35,245 nt of DNA from Neoechinorhynchus agilis. Lineage: Eukaryota > Animalia > Acanthocephala. Below are positions 20,955 to 34,304 of the stretch, one piece after another. Where the stretch lies: contig JBMGUZ010000022.1 in assembly GCA_051530055.1 (NCBI GenBank), forward strand, positions 1-35,245. Direction: 5' to 3'. The notes below the pieces were generated by a model that saw only the letters and a program-made list of their open reading frames with translations, was not told where the DNA came from and made no database searches. The position numbers were made by a program, and so were the translations under genes. How positions within the stretch are numbered: the stretch's first letter is position 1; each line of letters starts with the position of its first letter.

Positions 20955-23900
20955 TTTTTTATTTATTTATTAACTCATACTGGTTACAGTCATTCATTTT
21001 CTAAGAACCTCCATTACAATCCTTTTGTACAATTGCTTGAGATTTAGTCGTTATTGCGCACAGTTTTGTGTCTCTGCGCAATTATCAAAACAAAGAATAA
21101 GCGCATTTAGCCGTTTTTGGTTTCGAATACTTCCATTTCCTATAAATGGTCCTAAGATCAGTTAAGGTAACTCACCGTTTGTGAAGGGGAATACAAATGA
21201 TTCTAAAAAATGATCAAGGTTTTTCTTAAGAAATTCTCGGATTATAATTTCTTTAAAATTAGTTGAATAAAACTTTGCTTTCATTAGTTGCAGGCACATT
21301 TGATTGTGTGAATTAAAAACAAGTTTTGCGAATTTGTATTTACAGCTGCTATAATATTATATTTTGGATAAAAGGAAAATCGCCAGATCTTTATTCAATG
21401 CCTTATTTGATTCCACTGATAAGAACTTGATCTTTTTAACAACCGGGAAGATTTAAAAAAACATCATTAGTCGTTGTTCTGGTGGTCTGCCTCTTATAAA
21501 AAACAAATTGTACCAAAAATAAGGGTTTTAGTTATATTTATCACCATTTTATCATTTATACCTAAACGCTTCCCCCTTTTCAATATGAGTTTAGCTTTAT
21601 AAAACATATTTCGAATCCTTAACAACTCGTACCTGGGGTATCCAAATAACGGGACCTGGAATACTAATAACTTGCTATTTTTCGAAACTTTCGGCAACTC
21701 TCTAAAATTAGATAAAAGTGTTGAAGTTCCAAGATTAGTTGCTCTGGTCTGGTTGTTAGGGATAATAAGACATTTTTGGAGATTTATATCCAGATGAGCT
21801 TTCCCGAGTAGTTTTCCTATTTTCTGCAAGCAACTTTTAATTGCCTCTGGGATATTTCTCAGAAACCTCTCTGATAAAAAAAGGAAATATCATCCGCGTA
21901 AACTAAAATTTCAGATCCATTTTTGGGCTTGAAGTTTTTGAATAAAGGCATAGCTACCACAAAAAAGATTGGTGATAAAGATGAGCCTTGACGGACTCCA
22001 TGAACACGATAGAAAATTCTCTTATCCTTATCAAGCTCAAAAAAAGTCCCCCTTTGTCTCTAATAGGATCATAGTATGGTAGATAAGTTTTTTAGGCACT
22101 TTGACAAATCTTAAAGCCTTATAGATAAAAAAGCGATCAATTTCATCGAACGCTTTCGTTATGTCTAATTGTAGCAACACGTTGACATATCGTTGTCTTT
22201 CTCTAGATAAATCCATTAATTGTTCCATCAGACTGTGGACACCTCTCTCTGGAACAAAACCGTGCATGAAAGGCGGAATTAAATGATTATCTTGAACGAA
22301 ATCTAAGAGCTTCCATGCCATCGCTCTTTCAATTATGGAAATGAGGGGTTCTTGAATGGAAATGGGCCTCAGTTTCTTGGCCTGCGTGATCCTTTTGCAA
22401 TTATTTTTGGGAATCAAAATACGTTTGACCTTATTAATCTCCATTATTTGATAAATTCTCAAATTAAAACATATTTTCGAAATCATCACAGACTTAACCT
22501 CTTCGCTTATTAGTTTAAATATTGTCGGTGGAGGCGAGAACGTATTATGAGCCCATGAGTGACCCACCGACCAGGCGTTTATAAAATCAGCACCGGTAGG
22601 AAAATAATCACTCTCCTCCAAGTTATCGTTAAAATTAATGAGTCTTAAATATGGCGCGGGTCTGATTTCACCCATGGGGTAGTTTAACATCGATTTAACT
22701 GCTTCAGGATAGGAAGGGCACCCTATCCATGAACTTGCTTTGGACTTACAGTCCACAAATTTTTTATTTAAAATTATATTCCACCATTTTTTAGAGAAAG
22801 CTGCACATTTCAATAGATTTTTCCTCTCTTTTTTAATATCCTTCCAATAGAAGAGTAGTTTTTTTTAAATACTTGGGCAATTGAGTGATGTTCGCTTTCT
22901 CTAGCTTCAATTTCTAATTTAATAAGAAATCCCAAATTGCGATCTTGACGACGCCTAAAGCCTGCGTTTCTAGTTTGTTTTAAGATCAACTCTGAGCTAA
23001 GCAGCACAGCTGATTAAACCTCATCATCAATGAGCCATGATTAACAATTGCGGTAATTCGTTCCAATAAAAATTTATTAAAAAACAAAATAGATTTTGTG
23101 TTAATTTTATACGCTTTTTCAGAGACTCGGCCAGTGCTTGTGAAGAACAAAGCATCATGACCCAGACGCCAGCTCATTCTCATTTGGATTTCCTAGGTGA
23201 ATAAAGCATTCAAACCTTTACTTACTATTGCTCCATCTATAAAAGAGTGAAATCCTCGCGACCAATTGTGGAACGAGGGTTCTTGAGAGATAATGGTGGT
23301 ATAGTTAGATGAGAATAAGCTTCTAAAGGCATTCAAGTAATTATTATTGAAGTCACCAGTCATGATATCAGGCTTCCAAACTTCTAAGAGCTCTTTCATG
23401 ACCTCTAATGATTTTCTAATGTTACACTTTGGATTGCGGTAGAAATTCACCCAAATTATTTTAAGGGGCCCGTAATAAGCTTCCTTCTTTAGAAAGGGAT
23501 TCAGGGATGATATTATCTGAATAACGTGCTCATTCGTATGAATTTCACAGATCATTTTCGCTTGAATATCTTTTTTCAAAATGATTGTAAACCACCGGAG
23601 TAGGTTTTGCTATTTGATTGGTAGGTTGGCTTAGTTAAAAAACATTCATAAATAGGTAAGCCAAATGATGGAAGGGTCCCTGTTTCTTTTAAAACCCTCC
23701 AAACAAATCATTATTGTAATTTAACATGGATTCTAATTTATCTAAGTTCCTGGATTTTCCAATATTACATGTAAAAAAACGAACACTATCTGTTTGCATA
23801 TACCTTCTTGGTCGGTCCTGAATCGGGTTCGGTAGCTTCCAGACTGGGAATAGACAAAGCTCTTTTTAATGCCTCCTCAACCTTCAACGTCGCCCCCTCC

Positions 23901-25630
23901 CATTCTAACCTTTTCTAAGGTTTTAATTAAGCTTTTTAAGGAAGTTTTCAATTCCTTAATCTCATTTCCTATAGCTTCAAGCTCCTTTGTAATATTTTGA
24001 AAACCTTTCAACGCCTCTTTCAAGCCCTCATTTTCTTTAGCAAATCAAAATTTGATGGACTTCAAATCTGGCTCTTGCCGAGCATTTTGAGAAATATATT
24101 TTACTGATCCCTTGTCTCCATTATCCTACTCTCGCCACTGTTAATGAAAAAATTCAAATACTTTTTTGCCTCCTCGCATGTGATATCGTATGCCTTATGG
24201 TTCAATGGGGATAAGTGGCCGTGTGGTGTGCGCGTTCACAATACGCTCGATATCTCGATGGTTCAATGCCACCGGCCGCTGGGTCCCACGGGTGTGCGAG
24301 GCTGCTGAAAATGGTGGGGTCAGGTTTGAGATCACCCATTGGCCCCAAAGTGGGTTCGCCCTGTCCCTTCGAGTGCGGCTAAGCGCCTCCGTTGGGTGCA
24401 GGTCAGCCGAAAAAGGCCCCAAAGGAATATAGCCGAGGGGCCCAAAAGAAGACGTCGTACGATCAATCAAATCAATCTGATGAAAACAACTCATAAACTA
24501 ACAGTATGCGCGTGCGATCAAATAAATAAAATAAATATGGTTCAAACCGCAGTTAACACATTTTCTACAGGATTTGTTTTTTTGCAATTACTGGACCAGT
24601 GCTCCCCACTGCAGTGAGTGCAAGCTACATTTTTACCGCATCTGTATGCCGTGCGCCCCCAACCCTAAAAAATAATCCATCTCATTCTTGAATACTGCGA
24701 AGGTGACGTTAAAACCAAGTAATCCGATCGACAACTCGTCCCTTCTACATGCATTGTCAATGTCTGTCCCAACATTGCATTTGGGATTTGGCAATTTGGC
24801 TTAAAGAGGTAAAATAAGAACCAAAGAACGCAAATAAGCTCTAAGGAGAGGCACCAATGCCAGTTCCGCGATGCTGAACCATTTTGAGCAACAAGGCAAG
24901 GTTCCAAGGCTATTGGCGTCTTAGAAGCTTCAGTCGTAATTTCCATTTTCTCGATTGATACATAGGTCGTTCTTAAAGATTCGGTAGTTGTTATTTCTGT
25001 AAGCTCTAGCGAGGTCGTTTTAATTGACTCGATATCCAAACTTGAATTCGTCGTTCGGTGGTCGTCAAATATAACCTTTGGTTTCACATCGGCGCCTTTG
25101 AGTATCGATTTATGCTCTATTCCTTCAGTCTTCGGCTGAGCAGGAATCCCAGTAATGCTCACTCCTTTGACTATATTCTTTGTGTTTTTCTGAGACGGTA
25201 CCTCTGCTTTGCTCGCCTGAGATGGCAATGTTTGTGCTTCATATCCCTTGTAACTTTTATTCCACCTTGATTGATAATTTTGATTGCACCAGTTATTTCC
25301 GCATGGATTTGGGCCGAAATCGTACGACGGAGAATTTATCAATGCTGCACTTGGAGACGCCGAACTCTACTTTTTTGCCAAAGATTTAGAATCGCCAGTT
25401 GAGCTTCTCATCTCGATTGCTTCGGTTCCTAGCGAAAATCCTACTTTAATTCGCGATTCCATTCCAGGTACTGATTCACCAGACGAAGCGATCGGAGGAT
25501 CCTTCTCGAGGAGAAATGTAGCTAAAATCTTTTAAGATAACTCGATGGTCTTTTTGTGTGAGTGTTTCTTATGTCTTGAACGACATCAGCAAACAACATT
25601 TCTAAGTCGCTTTTGTTACGATTTGCGCAT
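20955..25630 (-). mobile_element. Decayed near-full-length APE-RT LINE with zinc-knuckle ORF1 (many stops and frameshifts)
   Basis: ORF1 knuckles GRTAYRC...CTHCSGEHWSSNC...KCVNCGLNHKAYDITC, followed by a coiled-coil-like stretch. APE motifs FTCNIG, KET, TGDFN, SFID. RT motifs KLRPISI, HGFVPERG, LDITKAFD, GVRQGSSLSP, YADD (21900-21889). (TAAA)n/A tail at 20955-20972. Confidence 0.85.
24206..24535 (+). mobile_element. tRNA-headed SINE, copy B, inserted into the LINE ORF1
   Basis: A-box TGGCCGTGTGG 24216-24226 and B-box GGTTCAATGCC 24260-24270 with a tRNA-like 33-nt gap. AAATAAATAAAATAAA tail. TSD TATGGTTCAA at 24196-24205 and 24536-24545. Confidence 0.85.
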
Positions 25631-26369
25631 TTTAAAAATTTTATTGCTTTTTAATTTTACTTTAAACAAGCCTCATACATACATTACAACAAAATTAACA
25701 CACACATCGTCCTTTTTCTGATACATTTTATAAGAATTTCCGTAAGCGTTGATCAAGGCAGAAGAGCAAGACTAAATGTTGGATTAATATCAAATCTCTC
25801 AGTGTTTCTCTGCTGTCTTTAGAAATATTTTAAGAGGGATCCAGTGCAATAAGGCTAAGAATCAAGCGCGAGACTTCTCAACTTCTCGCTTCTGATAGTC
25901 GATATGCCCGCTTCATCACTGATCAATAGTAAGTATTATCGGATTATTTATCTGTAAAAACAGCAGAGCCCACTTTTACATACCCTCGAGGAGGGGAAAG
26001 GAGAAGAAAGCGAGGGCGATATGTTCGACATGGAAAAGGTGAATCAACCAAATCGATCAAAGAAAAAGAAAATGGAAATTGAAGTGAGGATCAACGGATT
26101 ACGATGCACCACGCAATTCGACACAAAGGTGGAGGTGAGCACTTGTGGCACCGAATCGGGCGTCCACAACTCCAGAGAAGGCGATAATTGAGGTGTTTTG
26201 TAGGTACTCGGATAAGAAGCCTGGGCGCTCCCAAATATTTGTATGATTGTATAAGTGCTAATGAGCCAAGGCCTTGTTCGAATATGAAACATCTTTAATT
26301 TCACGAACAGTTACAAAACTATATAATAATAACACATTTTATTAATAATCGATGCTTAAACTTGAACGG

Positions 26370-27215
26370 TCAGAAAAATATCCTTCTGAAGTAGTTGAAT
26401 GCCGCAACGGCCACTTGGTAGACGGCATCAATAATATTCTTTATTGTTGTCAATCCATTCCAAGGTTTCGATACGATATTCGGCTCCGTTTGCGTGCTAC
26501 TGTCTTGCAAATCTATTATCTTGCACGTCGCTGGGCTTACATAACGACCTTGAGGTTCTTTTGGCTCTACTTCACTAAATAAAGTAAAAAACTCGCTGTA
26601 TTTTTCGAATTCGAACGACGACTCATTAAATATAACGGTTGATTCCTGAAAATCGAGAAACGATTCGTAGTAATCTTCGTTTCCATTCCAAACGTGATTA
26701 AAGGCCGGATTCTCACAATAGAGAAGAGGTGAGCCATATTCGTCCATTCCTGATCGTGAATCGTAATAATCAAAAGTCACGTTCTCGAAACCTGGTGGAG
26801 TTGAGAAGTATCCTTCGTTTTCGGGCTCGTAATCGTAATAAGAAAATGAGCAATTTTCAAAACCTGGTGGAGGTAAGCAATATTCTTCATTTCCAATCGA
26901 TGAATGATTATTACTGAAGTCATCTATGCTTGGTGGTGACTCATTGAAAATAAAAGTGAAATCATCAAAGCCGGGCGGAGGTGCACAATTATTTATAGTA
27001 TTATCTGCGTTTTCCAAAATTTTTTCGACTTCTCGATCGAGGTAAATATCATCATCTAAGGGATTATATATTTGGTGACCTTGGTGAATAATGTTGAACG
27101 TTGGTGGATCTGGATGACTGAAACTATTGGGTTGACCAGAGATGTGGTTCCGCAGGAATTGTGCGCTTTCCTCGATTGGTGGTGCCCTTATCCCGAATGG
27201 TTGTCTTGTCGTCAT
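26370..27215 (-). CDS. Orphan acidic/aromatic protein with three PPGF repeats and a TQT motif
   Basis: Uninterrupted 281-codon ATG ORF in AT-rich DNA, with internal repeats PPPGFDD, PPPGFEN and TPPGFEN. No family recognised. Confidence 0.55.
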   Translation of the reverse strand: MTTRQPFGIRAPPIEESAQFLRNHISGQPNSFSHPDPPTFNIIHQGHQIYNPLDDDIYLDREVEKILENADNTINNCAPPPGFDDFTFIFNESPPSIDDFSNNHSSIGNEEYCLPPPGFENCSFSYYDYEPENEGYFSTPPGFENVTFDYYDSRSGMDEYGSPLLYCENPAFNHVWNGNEDYYESFLDFQESTVIFNESSFEFEKYSEFFTLFSEVEPKEPQGRYVSPATCKIIDLQDSSTQTEPNIVSKPWNGLTTIKNIIDAVYQVAVAAFNYFRRIFF

Positions 27216-28273
27216 ACTTCAAATCTGTAGCTCCGAACTGTCTAAAATTAGGAAACTACGGTTAGTCGAGATTTTGGAGGCTTTACTTTCTTTATCAGGT
27301 TTTCTAATGATCCACGAAAAAGTTCAGTTACTTAACAGCTAAATGTTTCTATAAACCTGACGCAGCGCTTCGAATGACAGGTGATTTTCAAATCATTCCA
27401 AATTAAAACTAATGCAATTTCTGCAAATTTTATGACATTTCATATCACTAAAACCCCGCTGAATTGCAACATTCTGATTGGGGAATTCTTTACTGTATCG
27501 CTTTCGACACTTATCAAGACGTTACAACCGATATCACAAACGTATTGATTGTCTACGGTTGAAACACCGATACGTGTCAAAAAGGTCGATTTTTATCAGT
27601 CGATTGAACCGTAAAATTGATGACACACAACTAATGAGGCGTGAAAATTCGTTTCGGAACAAGCGACTTAGTTGTTGTTAATACCTTACAGCTACTTTAG
27701 CATTAAAATTCGATGTTTTTTACAAAGACAGGTAATTAGAGCATGCTGATTGGCTACTTTTCATTGAGGAAACCATACACGTGATGTTCCGAAATATGTG
27801 GAGGGAAAAACGTTTGTGCTAATACCTCGCTATCTATTGATCGATTAACCCATTTCATCAAATTTTACTTCCAAAAATACCCCAAAAATACAGATTCAAT
27901 TCGAGATCTCATGATGTAAATTTGTCCGAAATTTCCTACCTCGATTTAATAGAAAAATTTCTTGCTAGGATTTCATTAGATTTTTGAAAGGATGCAACGA
28001 GGACGAAAATTGTCTCGAAACCGTTATCCAATATCTCTTCTCTTTTGAAGAATTTAATTTTATTGAAACCGTTTTGTCGTCATTGAACGAAGAAAAAGAT
28101 TTGAATTCAGCCCCCCTGCAGGTGAAATGCAAATATGGACGCTAATTTTGAACTTGCGGAATCGAAAACAATTCCAACAAGCCCAAAGGCCTCAATCTTA
28201 TAATTCCAACTTAAATAATGAATGAAATAGTAAGAAAAGAAGCGCTAAAGACGACGATGATAGTTTCACCAAT

Positions 28274-28585
28274 ATGCTAAAATGTTTATTGTGCCAAAAA
28301 ATTAATAGTATCAATACTCTCAGTGTGCATTTCGGACCATTGCATATTAATGGGAGATACAAAAGCAATCGAGAGAATTGCTATAAAATATTAAATGAAA
28401 AGCTATCTTGTGAACGTCATAGTATGAATCCAAAAGACGATATCCGTGTAGATTCTCCCAAGCTCAGGGTAGAAATGAAGTATCGAAATATAATTACACC
28501 TATGAACAAATCAACATCTAAGGAGGAAATGGATAAGCTTATTGAGATTAAATTGCCAAAAGATGAATGTCAAATTCAAGAGTAA
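28274..28585 (+). other. Short ORF with a possible BED/C2H2-like finger (possible DNA transposon relic)
   Basis: CLLCQKINSINTLSVHFGPLH fits C-x2-C-x11-H-x4-H. No transposase core seen. Confidence 0.2.
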
Positions 28586-28849
28586 AGTAACTATCAAAAA
28601 GAAAGTGTCCCTTCCAATTAATAAAAGTATCAATAAAAATCAATAGGTTGTAGATTCTATCTCTTGATAAAAAAACAGCAATTGACATGTCTTAATGACA
28701 ACATTTTTCCTTCCGCAATATTAAAAAGCACGTTATAAATATTGTTCACGCGCTGGAATAATGACGTTCCTTGATCGATTTGGCATTGAGAAATATTATA
28801 GTTCTTAATAATCTTTGCATTAATTTGCATGGTGTCGATAATTATGAGG

Positions 28850-29340
28850 ATCGGGAAATCGAGAGACCTGGAATACTAATAACTTGCTATTTTTCGAAAC
28901 CTTCGGCAACTCTCTAAAATTAGATAAAAGTGTTAAAGCTCCGAGATTTGTTGCTCTGGAGCAATACCGGAGGGCTCCTGTGAGCTGATCGAATCTCAAA
29001 ACCTGTCTCTTTTTGAGCCTCCTGATGCCACTCTTGGATTTTGCTCTAACGAACGGGATCCTGAGGACCGTTAAGGCATCACTATTCATTTCCCTCTTTC
29101 TCGAACTTCCACCAGCTGATTCTGTTGGTCGTTGAAACTTCTCGATTTCCCGATACCCATAACCGTTTTGAGCGATCAGTCGGTTTATTCCCTGAACAAA
29201 GATGCAATATGGATTTATATTTATCTGCAATTCTGCTTCATATAAGATCCAACGAAGGCAAGCATTCTTCAAATCAAACATCAGATTTAGAAATTCTATT
29301 TTGGCGAATTAAACTTGGCCGCGTAAAACCATTTTCTAAT
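28850..29340. mobile_element. Fragment of the same LINE family as 20955-25630, with a local inversion
   Basis: 28864-28960 closely matches 21652-21750 (RATNLG.LTLLSNFRELPKVSKNSKLLVFQV). 29139-29157 is an inverted copy of about 28849-28866. Confidence 0.7.
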
Positions 29341-31355
29341 TGAATAAAGTAAAACAAGATTGTAAAACAACGATTTATTGATCTCTACGAGTGCAGTTAT
29401 TCAAAGCAAGTGCTTATGATAAATACCATGGAAAATTAAAAATATTTTAAAAAGTAAATTAATTCATCTGTTGATTTGAGTTTCTTTTTAAACAGCCGTG
29501 ATCAAAATCAGTGCTCAAATATAAAATAAAATATCTATGTGTAGCCTTTTTCATTGCTGATAATTTTCCTTGGGAACGCAGCCCACCGATATAAACCGTA
29601 AAAAGGCTCCACGTAGAAACTGGATAAAATTTACCGGCTGACCAGCCTTCAAAAAAAATTAATTAATTGCAATATCTATGATAAGGGGACACAAGATTTT
29701 CTAACGGTTCTACAAAAATTTAATTTTTAAATTACTTGACCTTCCGCGCACGTTTTGTTATGCAGAGGCAACGCCGTTCTCAAAGGCCGACAAAGCTGTA
29801 AATTAGAATTACTTTGTTCTACATCTTAATTTATCATTTGATACCTTTTAATCATTTGCAACTATAATTGTGATCGTATAATTTTTTGTCTTTTAAAGTT
29901 ACACAAACAATATTGTAATATTTCAAATATTTTATACCATAGTCAACCTAAAAAACGTCGAATAAAAACTATTTACATTTTGTAAGAAAAATGTTTCATA
30001 TAAATGATTTTTTAAAGATGACCGGATCGTTTGGTAACTCTTGATCATTAAATCACTTAAAGTATTGCCAATAAATTCGGATACGACGATGCTCGAAACC
30101 TCCATTCAACACTTTAGGGCATCGAATGCGAATTTTGATGGCAGCAATAATATTTTCCTGAGCTTTTTATTGCTCATCCATCATTTCATTCTTCGAACAA
30201 GAAGTCTCCATCGTTTTTTAATAAAATGCTGTCCAACGATCGTAGAAACAGATTTTCAAGCTTTCGTGTTTCGCTGTGAAATATTCTAATATGTCTAAAA
30301 AAGCGGTCTTGTAGTTATTTTCCTTGAAAGACGACCATTGGATTGAAATGACCTGAAGAATATCGTTAATTCTTTTTATTGCCTCGAAAAAGCATAGGCG
30401 TTGTATACTAAGTAGAGTTTGCGATGAAAACTCTTGACTCAACCCCAATGAAGTTAATTTTTGAATACACGATTTATTTTAACGACTTTTATATTTCACT
30501 CCCTCTGGTTTTTGGCAAAGATTCAAATATACTTGTATTGAAAGGTAAAAATTAATTATAATTTTAGTCTTTTAAGCTCTGTTGGATTCGTCGCAACTTT
30601 CAAGGTAAGGTGTTTATTGACGAGTTCATAGATAGCGAAGAGCGCAAGAAGTTTTTCTCCGTGAGTTAAGGTAAGGCTCACTTTTCAAAGAACATCAAAA
30701 GAGTATCGATTTTCGCTAACGAACTCTCACTGCGAAAAACAACTTTCTAACTTTCACTTCTATCTCGAAACAATTTACAGTAAGTTACGGCCTCAGGCCA
30801 AAGCCCAATGACGAGTACAGTGTCCGCTCGGACGCTTCAGAGGGCACCGAAAAAAATTAAAGAAAATTTTTGTATCCATCGATAAAATTTCTGTTTGTTT
30901 CAATTCCACGATTCGGGATGAAAAAAGACATTGAAGGTGTCAATGTGACCGCGAAGCATCGACATCCTGAAGGAAATGAATTATTATTTCCAAAAACCAA
31001 TTCGACGTTTTTGCAAAAGGTTTTATAACTTTAGCTTTTCGCCAGAAAGATTACATTAACGCTTCATTTATCTTTGTTACTTCAACAAACTCTAAAGGTC
31101 TTAACAATTTAGTGCTAAGGTTATTTATTGCTGTTAAAAAATGCATTATCTCAACCGATCGAACACTTTCGAGTGTACCAATGAACAAAAATTTATGCCA
31201 ATTTGATCGCATTATTAATAAAACGCGTTATGTTCCTTCTACAAATCGAAACCAAATCAATAACAAATCATTAATTTTGTATTTTTTCATGTCGACCAGA
31301 AAATAATGTTAAAACAATGAATTAAACTCGTTAAGACGACCAAGTGACGGAATTA

Positions 31356-32055
31356 ATGGATACGGACGAAGACATGAGTGGACCTTTCATTCCTGAGGTG
31401 AGTCATAAACAGCTCGGGAACATACAACAAAAACCTCAAGATCGTGCGAATTCAAGCGATTATCAGTACCTCGATACCAATTTAAAAAATGGCCATTTTC
31501 GATCTCAATAACGACGAACCCCGTTCAACCCAGGGAATCCCTTAACAAGGCCTACGCAGCGCCGTCATATTAAGTCAATTTCGCTTAATGGTTTAGTTTT
31601 GAAAATTCACTTCATCTCCGATTTATTTAAGACACAATTCAGGAGTTTTCCTTACTAGATTTAAGGAAGATCCTAGTCTGCAATACACGGATTCAAGCTA
31701 TACATCTACGTCCATCGTTTCTGACCTCTCACCGGAGATAGATAATGAAGACAGGGTCGCTTTCGAGGAGAAGTTCGGATGTAAGCTGTTATTCTTCTTA
31801 AAGTCTTTACTACGTGGGAAACTGATTCCTCGGCCAGTGGTTAAAACACCTGTTCATGTTCAAGACAAGCTAACAACATCTCCATGCTCCTTTCAATCTG
31901 TGGAAGTAAAATTCTTTATGAACAAAATTTCACAACAAGATGACTATACCTATCCAAAATGCAACAAGTGTCAAAAATGGGGACATTGGGCTCAAACGCC
32001 TCTGGCCATTGGAATTGTATTGTATGCAGCGGTACTTTCCTACGTTGCACCGTAG
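31356..32055 (+). pseudogene. Decayed LINE ORF1/gag-like remnant
   Basis: CNKCQKWGHWAQT followed, after a frameshift, by NCIVCSG, consistent with CCHC knuckles. It is cut off by the RTE element. Confidence 0.5.
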
Positions 32056-32066
32056 GTATAAGCCCG

Positions 32067-34257
32067 TCAAATAGAATTAGACTCCGCAAGGGTTCTAAAA
32101 TACACGACAGCAGTCCTGTTATGCGGACAATTCGCGTCTCTTAAAATCAGGTCATCGCATGTACGACAGTTCCCTTTGCCTTTACGATACAATGTCGTTG
32201 GCTTCCATAAAAGGAAATGTTGCACGACCTGTGGGCAAGATGCCTCGGACCGAATTATATTGCTCATGAACTGCAGTCGTCTGTGGCGAAAATATTCACT
32301 GGGCGGTTGGATTCCGGCTCTCTTATACAATGCTTTGTTGGTCACTTTATCTGACCATCTGACCTTTAACGCCGCACGTAAGAGAGATGAATGATTTTGG
32401 TCCAACTGCCTCGTCGCCGTTGGTGACAGTGTCCAGGTCTTTGCATTTTAGTAGAGATTGCTCTCAATTAGAGTCCTGAACAGCTGCGAACGGAGTTCAT
32501 CTGGCAAAGACCCACTGTCAAACAGTGGTTTAAGTTGTCCCATTGCTCTCCAAGCTATAGCTCTCCGTCGGCTGACATCCGCACTCACCTCAGGAACGAC
32601 AGTTCCCAGATAGGCATACCGCTCTATCTGTTTTAATTGCTCAACGCCATTCCGCCCTTCGCCATAGACTGTATGCGCGACATGCGGAATCGTCAAGAAT
32701 TCCGTCTTTTTCGAGTTGATGGTCAGACCAATCATACTCACCCTCTCGCGCAGTCCATTTAGCATGCGTTGAGCTCCTTCGACTGTTGAGGACATCAATA
32801 CGATGTCGTCGGCATATGCCATGTAGGAGGCACGTATCTCAGGATACCTGCAATCTCTGTTCCTAAACAGAAGAAATCCATCTTCATCATTCGGTAGTGC
32901 CCATCTCATTACCCAGTCAAGCACCAAGATGAAGAGGAAAGGAGCCAATGTGTCGCCCTGCAGAACACCTGAAGTGGTGGAAAAGTATTCTGTCAAACCG
33001 TCAGCTGTCTTGACGGCGGACATTGTGTTTTTATATAATGCCAAAGCGGATGTGACAATGATCGGCGGCACTCCATATTCCTTTAAGATACCGCCAATCA
33101 TCGTTCGATTTACCGAATCGAAAGCTCGGCGGAAATCAGCAAATACCAGCGTCACATCCGTTTGATGAATTCGTGCCTCCTCGAGGATCCTCCTCAAAGC
33201 AAATATGTGCTCTGTGGTGCCTCGACCTTTCCTGAAGCCGTTCTGTTCAATTCTTAGAAACGGCTCGAGGATTGGCTGAATTCGGCGTCTCAAAATGCTG
33301 CTGAAAAGTTTTGCCGTATTGGACATCAAGGATATAGCCCTGCAGTCCTCCACCTTTGTCGAGCAGCATTTCTTGGGATCATTGTTAAATGCGCCGTTTG
33401 CCAGATTTGAGGTACTGAGCCACCATTCCTTATGCCATTCATTACTGGTATGATTTTTCTGGCAATAGATTCAAACCTCAGTACCTCTGCCATTATCCCA
33501 TATGGGCCTGATGCACGTCCCGCACGCATCATTTTCGCCGCAGCGATCGCTTCCTTCAGAAGTATGCCTCAGTGCTTGGGGCGATTGTGCCTTTTTGAAG
33601 CGCCTCATCATCCGACGAGGAGGTCGGTGAATATACGCCAAAAGCATAGATATTTCTCGACCGAAGCTTTATGCTGACACGAAGGATTCGGTCAGTTATA
33701 GCACTGCATAAGTGTTGAGTTTCGGAGGCGGGGTGATAAACAAACGCCTACACCTCCATTTCCTCGACTGTCCGCAGATAGGTAACATAATGACCAGCTT
33801 CCTCCTAAATCCTCCTGATTTACGTCTGTGTCTGACTATATCTTATGCGCAATTCTTGTAAAAACACAAGATCCATTCTGGCGTCCCTTGCCAATTTGGC
33901 CAGGGTTCACCTACGCCATTGCGCTCGCAGACTCCTACAATTCAAGGATCCGATTCGTAGTCCTCTTCTATTTGAAATAGCTGGGCCAAAGGGCTCACGG
34001 CTGTCAGCGCCACCTGAACAGTCCGTACCCACCACGGTGATGAGCTTCGACTGACGCTTTCGTTGCCTCCAGCGACAGTTTCGCTCATTTCGACGCTCAA
34101 GTCGTCGGCGAGAGCTACGACGCCCTCGCTTTTTCCCGTTGCACTGGCGGATTTTGCTGCTCCTGTTCGTTGCCGCATCACCAATGGAGCGGTACACGCC
34201 GCCGGAGCTGCTTCTTTTACGTGACCGACAAGAATGAGTAACATCAAGTCCGATCAT
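32067..34257 (-). mobile_element. RTE-type non-LTR retrotransposon, internally deleted and frameshifted
   Basis: APE N-half (LRIGSLNCRSL, MDLVFLQELR, RGNGGVG, GVYSPT). RT motifs CRAISLMSNTAKLF, QNGFRKGRGT, FADFRRAFDSV, GVLQGDTLAPFLFILVLD, YADD. C-terminal LKVRWSDKVTNKALY...RRLQF. Confidence 0.9.
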
Positions 34258-34304
34258 CGTGAAAGAGGCTCGTAGAGTTCTCGGCGAACATCCTAAGCTT
34301 AAAA

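Noticed and set aside
24206-24280. Functional tRNA gene
   Set aside because: Boxes are present but the cloverleaf is imperfect, the head is fused to a repeat body with tail and TSD, and copy A has a deletion.
24270-24400. HDV-like ribozyme in the SINE body (CCCTGTC...CGGCTAAG resembles J1/4 and J4/2)
   Set aside because: No convincing P2, P4 or L3/P1.1 could be built.
24478-24484. CTGATGA in the SINE B tail as a hammerhead core
   Set aside because: No matching GAAA with stem I, II and III partners in any order.
24665-25342. Independent membrane or envelope protein (hydrophobic WCLSLELICVLWFLFYLF)
   Set aside because: It lies within the frameshifted LINE ORF1 just upstream of the knuckles, so the hydrophobic run may be out of frame.
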